Below are positions 25,389 to 38,215 of a stretch of 64,000 nt of DNA, piece after piece; within the stretch, counting starts at the first letter, position 1; every line of letters begins with the position of its first letter. A program made the position numbers and the translations under genes. Below the pieces are notes generated by a model. That model was given only the letters and a program-made list of their open reading frames with translations. It did not search any database and was not told where the DNA came from. This stretch comes from Callorhinchus milii (lineage: Eukaryota), in NCBI RefSeq assembly GCF_018977255.1, contig NW_024704743.1:48796001-48860000 (forward strand), given 5' to 3'.

Positions 25389-27289
25389 AGTTATAGATAA
25401 TAATTTTTGCATTTGATATAGCGCCTCACGTCGTCGAGAACTCTCAAGCGCTTCACATGATATATTGTAAAAATGTAATGACTGTGTGTTTTGTCGGTAA
25501 ATTTTAGCGTGTAAGATATTTTGTAGATCTCGGTTTTAACGTTTTCTTTGATGCTGACAGATATGCAAAAAACAGCTTGAAGAGGGGAAGAGACACATCT
25601 GCACCATTCTCCACTCTGCATTATTTTACAGTGAGAGAACGAGACAGAGACAGGTGCTCTCAGTAAGTTGCCACATTTGGTGGGCTGATGTGAAGAATTC
25701 TCCCAGAGCCTGTGCTGTCACTGAATGTCTTGAGCCTTGAGCAGTCGTTGCTCTGAAACCTCTTAAAATCCATATAATATAATGCATAAGATGGAGCTCA
25801 GGCTCTTAAACCAGGTATTCAGTGTTTATCAAATGTGCCGAATCCTTGTCCAAGCACGTCCTTATGTTGTAGTCTGAGCACAGTTTACAGCTGGCTGGAG
25901 TGGACGAGCATGGTGAATTGAAATAGCAAACAAATGGGTACTTTGTACAGACTCTGACAAGAAGTAAGGAGAAAAACAACAACCGCCTTTTCCCCTCCCT
26001 TCCCATATGTGATCAATTTTCATGGTCAGGTGATTGGAGCAAGTTAACGTATCATAGAAACCAAAACCTCATGTTCCTATGAAAATTATCACTTCTCCAG
26101 TCCAAGCCAGGTGCTGGTTTTCGTATGATCTTGTATTATTTTCAGATGATCATGCTTGATCTCTGGTAATGGGAATGTGCTCAAGTGCCTGTTTTTTAAT
26201 GAGTGCTGCCATGTACTTCAAACAATGATATGTGATAGGGCTAGAGGTGAAACTATTTTTTTCCAATTCAAGTGTAGCACACTGCCAAACTCCCTGAAAC
26301 TTATTCTAAATGTAGAATTACTGTGTGAGTTAATTTATAGCAATGCAAATAGCAGCAGGCCAGGAACTGTTACAACTACAAAGCCCTGGGCAATGCATTT
26401 AGGGGACCATGCATAATGCATTTAACGAAAAGTTAACCCATTTCCCATCTGTCTTTGTAGGTTTCTAAATATTGTCAAAATCTTTTGCTGGAAGGATTAT
26501 AAATGGGAACTACTCCTTTTCTTCTTGAACTTTTATCATAAAATTTGCAGATCCCATTTCACTCTTAAGTCATTTCTGTAACCACAATAAATCAATTTGG
26601 GACTAACAGATTCAAAGTGCTACAGGGGACATCTCTACATCTAAAGCTTGGTCAGATGGGTTATTGCATCTTCCACAGCGCCTGGATAGGCTTACAGCTT
26701 ATGGGGACAAGACTGTAAATGTTTATGCGGATACATATGCAAATGATTCCTCATCAAAGGCTGGGGTGTCAGATTCTGTTTCATGATTTAGATCATTAAA
26801 ATATTTCCAATCATATTTCCAATCAATATTTCTTATTGCTGTGAATTCTATGGTTTGGATGCAATATAAAAATCAGCTTGTTCCATACATTTAGGTAATT
26901 GAGCCCCTGAATGTTTGTGGTGGAAACATTTTAGCGCTATGGGTTGAAAAATGGTAATGTTTAATGTGATAATGATCACAGTGATAATTTACTATGAAGT
27001 ACAATGATGTGCACAGGAGCATATTGGCTATATGAGAAATTGGGAAATTTACCAAGTAACATTGTGAATGGCTCCTGATATTTACCACCTCACCCAGTCT
27101 AGTTTAGAAGTTCTATTTCAGCCATGACAATGTTTTTAAACCCGTAGAAGTTTTATGCTGAATTGGTACCCCCAGAATCGACTTGGTGCCCTCATTTTAC
27201 TTGGCAATCCCGAGCCCTTTCAAGGAGCCAGTCCGCCACTGTAAGTGCAGAACAATGTATAAACTGAATAACCCAATCTATCACTGAAT

Positions 27290-27560
27290 AAATTCCATAG
27301 CACTATTTGTGTGAAATGTTTGAACTGTATAGCACTATCTGTATAAAATGCATAGTATTATCTGTATTTATAAACTGTATGGCTATCTGTATAAAGATAT
27401 ATAAAGATACAGCACTATTCAGTTTATATAAACTTAATTTAGATGGCACTATATGGTTTATAGTCAGGTATTTTAATACAAACAGCACTACTGTATAAAG
27501 TTTAGATATTTTTATACAGAAATTGTTACAAGTTTATATATCTTCATACAGATAAAGCTC
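27290..27560. repeat. Degenerate AT-rich minisatellite (tagcactatctgtataaa-like unit)
   Basis: gcactat and ctgtataaa motifs recur many times. Confidence 0.6.
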
Positions 27561-28471
27561 TCCAATTTAGGGGTCTAGCTGTGTTTCCGCATTCAATGAT
27601 TCACCCACTGATTGCTCAAATCAGCAATTGTTTCATTGTGTTTCCCACAAAAAATCCCATTAAAAATAAGTAACAAATAAGGTGGCAGTTTTTGCGATGA
27701 GATCAGTCAAAGTGGCTTCTTGTTTTAAGACCGATCTACGCTAAAACCAAAACCTTTAAAGTTAAAAGGTGTAATTTTGGTTAAAGGAAATCAACTAACT
27801 GGAGGAAAAGAACAGTTTTTGTGGACTCTGAGTAACCCAGCATTTGTAAACTACATTCCAGCACAATTGAAAGCAATGCCTTGTATTAGGGAACCTTTGA
27901 GAGTAGTGAGCTCATGCAGATGATACTCTTGCCCTGTAAATATTTTGGAGGTCAGAAGCAAATTTAATTTCAGTGACAATGATCTTCATTAAGTACACAT
28001 AATACTTTTATCCCTGGAGATAGACCACATTATCTGTTCCAGCATTAGTGGCATTTTCAGATGTTGGATAGATACTGTGCCTTAATACAGTGGATACATT
28101 AAAACATTTTTCACATCACTTGAGTCCATGGAAATAGTGGGCTCTAATTACTCTTCGAAAGTTGTTTTTCCACCTGTTGGAGGCTAGTATGAAATTATCC
28201 AGTGACATCTCTAGTTGTATGCAAACTTTCAACACTTCAGATACTGGTCCTGAACTTTACAAGTGGCTTGGGAACTATGTAATGCTGGCATGTGAAAAAG
28301 ATGTTTCATCAAACAGCATTCTTTCCCCTGTGCATTGCTTTCATGCAGGGTTTATATTGTAGGAAGTGAAGGTACTTGATTCATACGAACATTGAGGAGT
28401 GAGTGACCTGACATATACTCCCCATTCCACATCATTTTGAGGTCTGTTAATAAAATGCAATAATTCTTGTG

Positions 28472-28730
28472 CATTTAAACCCCTGCTAGTTGGACTAATA
28501 GAGGAAATATCCGGTCTGGCGAGCCAGAATTTCTGGATAAGTGTAATTACAATACCGGTATCAGCTTTTTTTCAGTGCTGAGAAATGTCAGTAATGCGAG
28601 CAGAAGATAGCAAATAAGCTCTCTTCTAGATAGCAAATAAGCTCTCTTGGTGCAAACTAGGAGAGTTAGGGGCCGATCCACTAGATTCAAATTCCGGTTA
28701 CCTGGAGTCAAGTAAATCAGGGGTTTACTG
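28472..28730. mobile_element. Candidate Tc1/mariner-pogo (Tigger-like) MITE
   Basis: Right end tcaagtaaatcaggggtttactg|TA (reverse cagtaaacccctg). Left end catttaaacccctgctagttggac. Internal 23-bp tandem duplication agatagcaaataagctctctt. Confidence 0.45.
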
Positions 28731-28799
28731 TATTTGAAATCGTACCTAGAACATCAAACCTTTTCACCTGAGCAGGCAAATACTTTGGTTTATCTTCTT

Positions 28800-28946
28800 C
28801 TCTGAAGAATGATACCTCTGACAATCCAGTGATCTGTCAGCACTGCACTGCAGTGTCAGCCTAGAATATGAGCTCAAAGTTCTGACATGAGATTTGAACC
28901 CACCACCCAGAAGGCGAGAGTGTTACCAACTGAGCCACACTGACAC
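28800..28946 (-). mobile_element. Older tRNA-Deu SINE (SacSINE1-like) 5' half
   Basis: Reverse complement gtgtcagtgtggctcagttggtaacactctcgcc..gggttcaaatc..ctaggctgacactgcagtgcagtgctga. Confidence 0.75.
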
Positions 28947-30924
28947 AGAACATTGAATTTCACAGTGCTGGGGTTGTGCAACTGACAACATGCACAGAAC
29001 TCATCATTAGTGTTTATTTAATGTTATTAATGCGCTGGACAAAGGACCAATGAATGATTTGAGAACTTCCAAAGGATTACAGCATTAGAGAGCAGAGCTG
29101 GTATCCAATAGCATCACTGGGATTATGGGCCCAGCTTCACACTGGGCAGTGAGCTTTTCAACTGATTCATCAGGGGAGCGTGAATTATATTTAAATGAGG
29201 AAGCTCAAATCAGAGCCATTCAAAGCCACTCATTCTTACTGAATACAGGGATTTCTCCTCTTGTTTTAAATTTAAAGCTTGTTACAATGCGCCCTGGATT
29301 GCTTAGTGTGCTGTGGCTGTTTGACACAGTATTCCCAATCGCCACTGCTGACGAGGTGGCTTCTCTCACTGACAAAAATGGCTGGCTTTGGGGTCAGATG
29401 GCTGCTGATGTCATGGCCTGCAAGCATGTGTGCAATGTGCAGGAAGCGTTGTTGATGTCAATTCACGAAGGAACTGATGTCAGCAGTGCTTGTACATAAT
29501 GCATATGCACAGTGCATGGGAATTGATATCAACGAGGGACCCAACAACCTGAAAGTCTGATTTTTTTTTCCTTTAATTGTTCTCTGAGATATTGGACCAA
29601 AATACCCACAGTCACACCACTTTACAATATATCCTGTGAAATCCTTTGGGACGTCTTGACAAGGTGATAAAACACTATATGAAATGCAAGGATTATTATT
29701 ATAATGAGGTTGCCTTGAACATTTATTCCCTATGTTGATGTTTTGCATCTTCCTTTGGCCAGAAGAGCGCAAGAATGGATCATAGACTCCTTCGTGGCTG
29801 GCAGTGCCAGGGCTACTGTGTCCTCAGTCAATGGGAGGTGTACTTAATGAGTAAGGAAATTTGTAATAAGGACAGTCTATTTCAATAAATGTCAATTTGG
29901 GTAATTGTGAAACACAGGCCTGCAGTATATTGCTCTCTTAGGAAATGGCATTGGACCGGCAATGATTGTAAACTGCATCAGGCTGTTGGACAGCTTGAGA
30001 GGTAACATTTCTATCATTGCCTCCACCAGCCTTTTAAGTACATTTCAGATCTGTGTGAATGCACTTCTTCTTGCAGGATATAATAGGGATCCAAGAGTGC
30101 TTTGGCATTTCCCTGACCTTTCGCGACCTCTGCTTTATCCATCCTGTCAGCTGAAAATAACCAAACCGAGGAGTTTGCATTTTTGTTTTGGGCAAAGCTC
30201 TCATGAATGAACTAAAATATGTTGATGTCACAGAGGTTCATTGAAAGGCGGCAAAAGAATTGGAGCATTGCTATGGAAAATATCAAATAGGGAGTAGACC
30301 CTTAGCTGGGTGAATGTAGTTAAAAATAAAGCACAACAGTAGGGTCACATTGAGTCCCTGTCAAGCATTCAGTCTCTCCTGAAGCTTTTTGTCAGTGACC
30401 CAATTTCACATTTACTTGAATTATTGCGTGTATAAACCATGTGGCTATAAAAATTACTCAGCGTATCCTTTAGCAGTAGATCAATATTTTTTAGTGTGGT
30501 TGTGGGTACTGTTTGTATTTACATAGCCCATGGGATACTAATTTTCTATTCAGAAATCTTATTGGATTATTTCTTATTGTTTTTTTAAAATAAAAAAAAT
30601 CTTGCAGCTTCATGTGCAAAATACTAAGTCTGCTGAAATGGTCTCATTATCAGTGAAGAGAAGTTTTGGTTGAACTGGATTTTTTTTTAAAATAGCCCAA
30701 AATGTTAAATAGCAAGTGCAGCTCCTATTTTCAATATAACTATTTTTCTGGTTATTAGTGGCACTCTTCAAGACATTTTTTTAATTCCTTGTCTTACAAA
30801 AGAATCACAAATCTGCTAAAATTGTAGCACAGTAGAATTTGAGATTTTTATCCCTCAGTATTGATGTCAATGTTGAAAGAGTGCTAGAGTTGCATTGAGT
30901 TTGAAAATGTGGCATTCGTAAACC

Positions 30925-31540
30925 AGACGTCACAGCTGGAGAAGTATATTTGGGTGTCGTCCGCCTACATGTGGAAGTTGACCTCATGGCTGCGGATCAT
31001 ATTGCATGTAGATAAGGAAAAGAAGAGGGTCAAGGATGGAGCCTTGGGGTACTGCGCAGCTGACTGAGCGGGAGAAACACTCATTTGCCGAGGTGTATTT
31101 TTGGCGGTTTGTTAACTTGGACTCGAATCACGCAAGTGCTGTCCCATTAAGGTAGATGAGGGATGAGAAGTGGTGGAGTAGGATGGCGTGATCAACTGTG
31201 TTGAATGCGGTGCAAAGGTCCAGGAGAATGAGGAGGCAGAAGGAACCCTGGTCACACAGAGAGAGGGGACATCATTTATTACTTTGACAAGCGCTGTCTC
31301 TGTGATGTGGGCAGGTTGAAAACCAGACTGGAGGGGTTTGAGTTGGCAGTGGAGGGAGAGGTGTGAGTGAAGTTGATTTGCAATGCATTTGTCCAAGAAG
31401 GGCAGGTTTGAGATGGGTCTGAAGTTTGTGAGGTTGGAGGGATTGAGGGTAGGTTTTTTGAGGAGGGGAGTGATGACAGTGGTTTTGAGGGGGAGTGGGA
31501 CAGAGCCTGAGGAGAGGGACTGGTTGATTTTGTCAGCACT
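30925..31540 (-). mobile_element. L2 RT fragment, old, internally deleted
   Basis: INQSLSSGSVPLPLKTTVITPLLKKPTLNPSNLTNFRPISNLPFLDK..LQSGFQPAHITETALVKVIND; further ggctccatccttgaccct (GSIL) and ttccacatgtaggcggacgacaccc (FHM*ADDT). Confidence 0.88.
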
Positions 31541-31862
31541 TGGCATCCGAAGTAAATGGTTGAGAGTCGGCATTGAGTAGGTAGTGAGTAGTGGGGAACA
31601 CGATTTTGGATTTGTTTTTGGCCTTGAGAATGACCTGTGAGTAGACAGCAGTTTTGGTTTGAGAGAGGGAGAAGCGGTAGGTATGAAGATGCCATACCTA
31701 CCGCCACTCCCTCTCTCAAGCCATAGAATAAAGAACATTTCACCACTCCCTATATTATACACTACATGTGAGAATTTTTTTATTACCAAAAACTTGTTTA
31801 TTGGGGTGGATTTTTGCAATGAAGAGAAGTGCAATATCCTCAATGCTTCATATAACTCTCAC

Positions 31863-31936
31863 CCCTTCCTCAGAGTCCTCCTCATCAGAAATCTCAGAGG
31901 CTTCCTCGCCATTGGCAGCTGTGCTCCTAGATAAAT
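31863..31936 (-). CDS. Candidate isolated internal coding exon (74 bp), acidic peptide; host gene unknown
   Basis: Acceptor ttactcttttcacAG and donor GGG|GTGAGA. The phase 1 to phase 0 open frame (D)LSRSTAANGEEASEISDEEDSEEG is GC/purine-rich within AT-rich flanks. Confidence 0.35.
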
Positions 31937-32224
31937 CTGTGAAAAGAGTAATATTGCAATAAATGCTTTTGAAAGATCATCATGGGTGTGTAGGAAGGAA
32001 TTCAACATTAGTGCCAGCAAATGTTTTTCACTCCAATGAATGGATGCAGATTCAAAGAGAACAGATGTGACAAATATTACAACAAAAAGTAAGGTAATCC
32101 TATCTGTTGCATCCTAAGATTAAATGCCTTGTCAAATGTGGTGTGTCGTGATAAATTCATTTCCCAGACACAGAGTGACAAATTATTTGGATCTCCTGTT
32201 TTCAGCACCAATAAGGATATTTAC

Positions 32225-32645
32225 GCTTACAATCTAAGATAGCATTCCAATGTAGTGTTGAGAGTGTGCTGCATTGTTGGAGATGCAGTCCTTCAGGTGA
32301 GACATTAATTAAGGCCCCATCAGCCTATTCAGGTAAATGTTAAAAATCCCCTGGCACTATTTGAAAATAATCCTTGCATTTGATAAGAGAAGGGAGTTTG
32401 TCCTGGAAAAGAGAAGGGAGTTTGTCTCTGTACTGGGTAACAACTCCCCCAAAATAGAAAAAAAAGTTCACTCACTTAATGGCTGCTTGTGGTATACCTC
32501 TGTGCACAAATTAGCTGCCACGTTTGCTCAAAAATACACATAATTACTACACTTTGCAGTATATCCTGTGAAACATTTTGAGATGTTCTCCTCACATGTA
32601 AGGTGCTATACCAAATGTAAAGATATTATTATTATTATGATTATT
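32225..32645 (+). mobile_element. Older tRNA-Deu SINE (SacSINE1-like), head-truncated
   Basis: gtgctgcattgttggagatgcagtccttcaggtgagacatt..ggcccc..taaaaatcccctggcactatttgaa..tgtgcacaaattagctgcc..tail. Confidence 0.75.
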
Positions 32646-32774
32646 ATCTTCAGTCAAGCAACATGACAAGCTGGACTCCCATAACAATAATAAAAACAAA
32701 TTTACATTTATATAGCGACTTTCTCGTCGGGAGGACATCCCAAGGTGCAGAAACACTGTCATTGAGTGGTCCAC

Positions 32775-33050
32775 AATATGGGGTCATGGTCTCAAGCTCA
32801 GAAGTGGAGAATGAATAGACAGTTTAGATTCATCTACTTTACAGAGGATCGTTAACATGGGGAACAATTTACCCAGAGAAGCAGTGGATTTAAATACTGG
32901 GTGCAGTTTAAAGAGGGAATTGGATATTTTTTTATCTGAAAATGATTGGGGATATGTGAGAAGGGAAGAGATGTTATTTAAAAATGGACCAGGCAGATGG
33001 GCTCTTGCGTTCTTCTCTGATCCTGCACATTCCTGCGTTCTATATCCCTA
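32775..33050 (+). mobile_element. CR1 3' end, old
   Basis: gggtcatggtctcaagctc (GH.LKL), gttaacatggggaacaatttacccagagaagcagtgg (VN.WN.LP.EAV), tttaaagagggaattggat. Confidence 0.7.
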
Positions 33051-33361
33051 ATGCCTTTTCGGGTCAATTAAGATGTTTCTCACATTTTTCTCTAACCTGG
33101 TTATACAGGATATTTTGTTGACCTATTTTGTCTCTTATGCCCAAGACTTTTCAACAACTTGAAGAAGGAGAAATCATTGTAGGACACCCAGTAATCTATG
33201 TTCCATTCAGTCTTAGCCCATAAGATTATTTTGTCTTGAAATTTAAGGTTGCACAAAAATTTGAGGCATGGCGATGTTTTAAAGCACAAAGCTTCAAGCT
33301 GTGATTCATGTTACATCATTTGGATTAGATACCAATTATACAGCAGAACACTAAATGCAAT

Positions 33362-33660
33362 AGTAATAATACTAATCCTTGCATTTGATATTATGCCTTA
33401 TCATGTCATTGAGACATTTCAAAGCGTTTCGCAGAATATACTGTAAAGTCCATTGACCGTGTATTTGTGGGCGAAACGCAACAACCAATTGCATACAGTA
33501 ATGTCCCACAAACACTTGTGGAGTGAGTGACCAATTTTTTTTCAAGGATTATTATCCCCAGAAAACCATCTGCCAAATCGATTAACAACAGGATTCCTAC
33601 TTACTGCTTAGAGGTGTATGGAGTAAGGAAACTTGCCTAACGTTTCATCCCGCCCGGGAA
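33362..33660 (-). mobile_element. tRNA-Deu SINE (young family), headless
   Basis: Tail aatccttgcatttgata, Deu block, and ggagtaaggaaacttgcc block. Confidence 0.8.
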
Positions 33661-34559
33661 ATACGATATTCATCATTTGCTTTATAATTAACTCCTTTAT
33701 GTGTTTTCAGTCGTACTACTAACTTATCACTGACCGTTCATTCACCTAATTTCTGGCAGAGCTTTAAGAACATAGGAGAAGTGAGGACTATAGGAATGCT
33801 ATTGACCACATCAGCACCTCTGTTTTGAACATTGAACTCTTCCATCATGGCACTTAGTTGTACAATGAATAATATTTTTACCTTATGACTTGCTGGAATA
33901 TTCAAGATATTCATCACTCATTGACTGAAGATTTTTTTTGTGATACCTGCTTTAAATTGAATTTGTTCCAATTTCCACTTATTTCATCTGTTCCTTCTTT
34001 CTAGGCTCACTTTCTAGAGCGAGGCTGGCATAACAGCACATTCCATGCAATACTGATATTTCTCATATGTGGAAAACCAAATCATGTTTAAAATATGACA
34101 GAGATTGAATTTATTGCACAATGCTTTTAGTTTTCCATGTTATATGGAAAATGTTGAATTGTGCCTAACATTCATGTTTGCCCACAAAACACACAGTCAC
34201 TGCACTTTACAGTATATCGGGTGAAGCACTTTGGGTTGCCCTCCCCTAAAAGGCACTATACCAAACGTGAGGATTATTATTATAACATATGAGAAATGCA
34301 ATGGTGTGAGATGCTATCTGTGTGAAGGGTGCTAGATAAATGCAAGTTGTTGGTTGTGACTTTCAGTGCAGACAAGTGGGTGGCATAAAATTGACAGCTT
34401 TATTTTTGTGTATGGAAGCCATCATTTGTGGGTTTCAATCCTCCCACTCTGACAGCAAGACCAGGAATGGGAACTCCCTAGTGATTATTGTTCACATCCT
34501 ACTCCTGAAATAGTAATCTATGGATAGATTCACTTTCCTTAATCCGTATAAATAAGTCA

Positions 34560-34845
34560 AAGTGCAGTGCTGTGTCAAGAGTGGATAAAACGTTAAATGG
34601 AGGTCCCATCTGCCTGTTCAGGTGGACATTAAAAATCCTGTGACACTATTTGAAAAGAGAATGGAATTTCTCCCAGTGTCCTGTTCAACATTCTTCATTA
34701 AATTGGTCATTCACCTCTTGGTTGTTTGTGGCACATTTCTGCATGAAAAACTTCTGGTGCATTCACTTACATATGCACACTTAACAACCATTAAGACATT
34801 TCAATTCTATGTGCACAATATGAATTACAAAGGGTTATTATTGTA
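34560..34845 (+). mobile_element. Older Deu SINE (SacSINE1-like) central part
   Basis: ggataaaacgttaaatggaggtcccatctgcctgttcaggtggacattaaaaatcctgtgacactatttgaa.. Confidence 0.7.
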
Positions 34846-35177
34846 AAGTTCTGAATTACTGAAAGCAGATGGATTTCAAATATCCTGAACAAGTAAAGAG
34901 CATAGGAAAATACATTAAAAGGACATGGAGCATGCTCCCAGATATAGAGTGGAGTGAAAAATGCATACCTTCTGTTATTTTTGGAGTTGGTGCAGAATGC
35001 TACTGTTGTTCTTAAAAGGATAGCGCTCTGAGACGCCGTCTGGTGTGGAGGGCGCTATATAAATCCAAGTTGTTGTTGTTGGATAATAATAATTAGCAAC
35101 TCTATCTTTCAAGCAGGGAAAGGAGAAAATCGTAAAAATCAATTGAATGTTTCAAGGACATTGGTGAAGCACTGTTT

Positions 35178-35525
35178 TAATAATAATAATAATAATCCTT
35201 GCATTTGATATAGCGCTTTTCACGTCGGGAGGACGTCCCAAAGCGCTTCACAGAACACTGTAAAGTGAATTGACTGTATATTTGTGGGCGAACGCGGCAA
35301 CCATTTGCGCACAGCAATGTCCCACAAACAGTCGTAGATTGAAAATGACCAATTTATTATTGTTTTTGTTTTTTGCAGGGATTATTATTAGGCGTGTGGA
35401 GTAAGGAAACTTTATTAGGCGTGTGGAGTAAGGAAACTTGCCCAAGGTTTCGCCCTGCCTGGAATTGGACTCAGGTCTCTCACTTGCAAAGCGAGTGCTC
35501 TAACCACTGAGCTACAGGACTCCAC
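35178..35525 (-). mobile_element. tRNA-Deu SINE (young family), full length, with a 27-bp internal tandem duplication
   Basis: Head gtggagtcctgtagctcagtggttagagcactcgctttgcaag; ttattaggcgtgtggagtaaggaaact occurs twice. Confidence 0.93.
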
Positions 35526-35944
35526 CTTTTCTTTGGTGCCTTCTTTGGTGTTTTCTTTGTTTGTGCCTTCTCCTGGTGCCTCTGATTCCTGTGACTGTAA
35601 GAGATTTCTGTCATTTTGCTTTATAGAATGACCACTCCAAATTAAATATGACTCCAAATGATAATCTGGCATATTTGGTGCTTTCTTGCAGTTAAAAGAC
35701 TCTTTCTGATATTGAATTATTTTATTTATTCTCTTCCTCCTCAGTTTTAAAATATTTTCCTCCACCTTTTTAATCCCCTCGTCCTTTGCAATAGCTACCT
35801 GTTTGAGTGCAAGAGCAGAACACTGCTGTTATTGAAAGCTTGACGGATATTGAGGTTATAAGCACAGATCACCGTGATTGTATGCTGTGTGAATCATGGA
35901 GCTCATGGGATCATGGTGCTCTTGGGATCACAGTCATGTCATGT

Positions 35945-36080
35945 CAACAACAACAACAACAACAAGATTCCATTTATAAAGCGCCTTTCACGTCAGGAGG
36001 ACGTCCCAAGGCGCTGCACAGTTGGGTCATGACCCGAGCAGGGGGGAAATGGTCAGGGTGAGGGGAGGGAAGGGAGGGAG
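35945..36080 (-). mobile_element. L2 tail-only insertion, young
   Basis: By eye identical to the reverse complement of 8190-8320. Confidence 0.92.
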
Positions 36081-36544
36081 ACAGGCAGGCAAATGTCAAG
36101 ACAGGCAAATGGTTAAAGCTGAATAACGGAGGATATATATAACATTTGTTTGCCTACAAATAGTAGTTACAAATTAAGACACTGCTTTTTATGGGTGTCA
36201 CATCAAACGCAAACATTATTACTTTCTTATGTAAGGTTAGATAGGTACTCTAGATTTTTACTGAAACTTAAAATAGCAAACTTAAGTGATCTTCCCAGAT
36301 AGAGTCCATTATAGGCCTGACAGCACAGTGCATAGTCTATGGAAGGAATAGATTTGATGGATTGTCTTTTTCACTCTGTACTTTGTACATATGTTGTAAA
36401 TTCAGTATGAATTGGACCAACACTATAATGGCCTAGACAATAAAGGCCAAGAGTGGAATTGAGTTATTCAGACTAGAAGCTAGATGCAGAAGCCTGGATG
36501 CCTAGTGTGATCCCTGTCTGTTTAGATACTGGTTGACCATAGAG

Positions 36545-36655
36545 GACTGAAATTCCAACCTAGTCTTAGCCTTTAAAAACATTTAAAATTTAAGATTGCT
36601 CAGAATTGTAGAATATTCCCAAATTCAGTTTTAATTTGGTAGCTTGTTTTCTGCA
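36545..36655. mobile_element. Palindromic MITE-like family copy (left arm)
   Basis: aaattccaacctagtcttagcc..aaatttaagattg..aaattcagttttaatttggtagcttgttttctgca matches the 53092 copy. Confidence 0.6.
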
Positions 36656-36929
36656 TCTCGCTTCACCCAGCTCCCTAGTATAGGATTCCCAATAAGTTGT
36701 TAATGTTGACCTCTGTCTCTTTTCCATTGGGAGTGGTCTGATAAGTGAGAAGTAAAAATTAACATACTATACGTCATAATATTCCTGTAAAATGAAATAT
36801 AGATTGTCCTTTCATTACATAGGAGAAACAAGCATGGACCAAAGTGTATGTGTATATGTGTATGCGTTGGGTCGAGTTGAGCGTGAGTTGGGGAGGGTGA
36901 GGGGCAATCGTAGAGGCCAAGGACAACCC

Positions 36930-38215
36930 CAGGCTACTCTCCTCCATCACCAACCAGCTCCTCCGCCCACCCTTTCATGTCTCACCCATCCTCACTTCCA
37001 ATGCCAACTGTGAGGCGATGCTGGACTTCCTCGAAACCAAAGTCGAGGGGATCCGCTCAGCTGCCTCTGCCCTTCTGTCTACTATCCCCTCCCCATCTTC
37101 ACCTCACATCCCAGCCCTTACCCATCCCTCCCTCCACACCTTCAAACCTGCCTCCAACTCCTTTCTCACCACCACTATAACCCACCTGCTCCTTCGACCC
37201 CATCCCTAACCCTCTCCTTATCTCCCAGCTCCACCTTTTGTCCCTTTACTCACAGATATCATAAACCTCTCCCTGTCCACTGGCTCCATTTCCACACCTT
37301 TAAAAACATCCATCATTACTCCTATCCTTAAAAAATCCTCCCTGGACCCATTCCTGCTCTCAAACTACCACCCCATCTCCAACCTCCCTTTACTCTCCAA
37401 GGCCATGGAATGAGTCATTCCTTTCCAACTTTGCTCCTTCCTCTCCTGCCACTCCCTCCACGAACCCCTCCAATCGGTTTCCATGCTGCCCACAATACAG
37501 AAGCAGCTCTGGTCAAAATGACAAATTACATTCTGTCCATCTGCGACCAAGGCTCCCTCTGCCTCCTCGACCTCTCTCCTGCCTTTGATACTATTGACCA
37601 TTCTATCCTTCTCCATCGCCTCTCCTCAACTTCCACATGTATGTGGATGACACCCAACTCTACCTCTCTGCATCCACCCTTGACTCCAGGAACACTGCTA
37701 TCCTGACAGAATGTCTGTAAGACATCAAGTCCTGGATGAGAGCTAAGTTTCTTCTGTTGAACGTCAACAAGCCCGACGCCCTCCTGATTGGCTCCCGTCA
37801 GCGCCTCCTCACCTCAGGCGCTGACAGCATCACCATCCATGGTTGCGCACTCCACCTTATTAAGCCAATCCGGAACCTTGGCATCTTGTTTGACCCTCAA
37901 CTATCCTTTCTACCTCACATCCGTGCCATGACCCGCTCTGCCTTCTCCCATCTCTGCAACATCGCCCGGCTCCATTACTGTTTCATACCACAGACCACCG
38001 AAACCCTCATACATGCTTTCATTATATTGAGGCTCGACTGCTTGTTCCTTTGCCTCACTCACTCCCTAGTCTCACTCAAGGCACATCTCAAAATCCTCCT
38101 CTTCAACCGCACCTTTGGTCACCCTCCTACTCCTATCCTCCCTGCCCCACTGCTGATCCCTAAATTAGGCTTGGGTCCAAATCCTTAACTGTCGAGCGCC
38201 TTGGGACGTACTCCT
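36930..38215 (+). mobile_element. L2 LINE with multiple internal deletions
   Basis: FLETKVEGIRS, INLSLSTG..FKTSIITPILKK..NYHPISNLP, GFHAAHNTEAALVKM..LLDLSPAFDTIDHSILLHRL, FHMYVDDTQL, IRNLGILFDPQLSF, then tail. Confidence 0.92.

Noticed and set aside
29125..29499. 124-aa ORF in unique sequence
   Set aside because: No recognisable domain or splice-site framing; compatible with chance.
29763..29850. Plus-strand exon-like segment (acceptor ttcctttggccAG, donor GTAAGG)
   Set aside because: Two frames are open but neither is recognisable, and no partner exon was found.
35525..35600. Peptide-like SQESEAPGEGTNKENTKEGTKEK next to a SINE head
   Set aside because: It derives from a short degenerate 12-bp tandem repeat, and the apparent donor is the SINE start.
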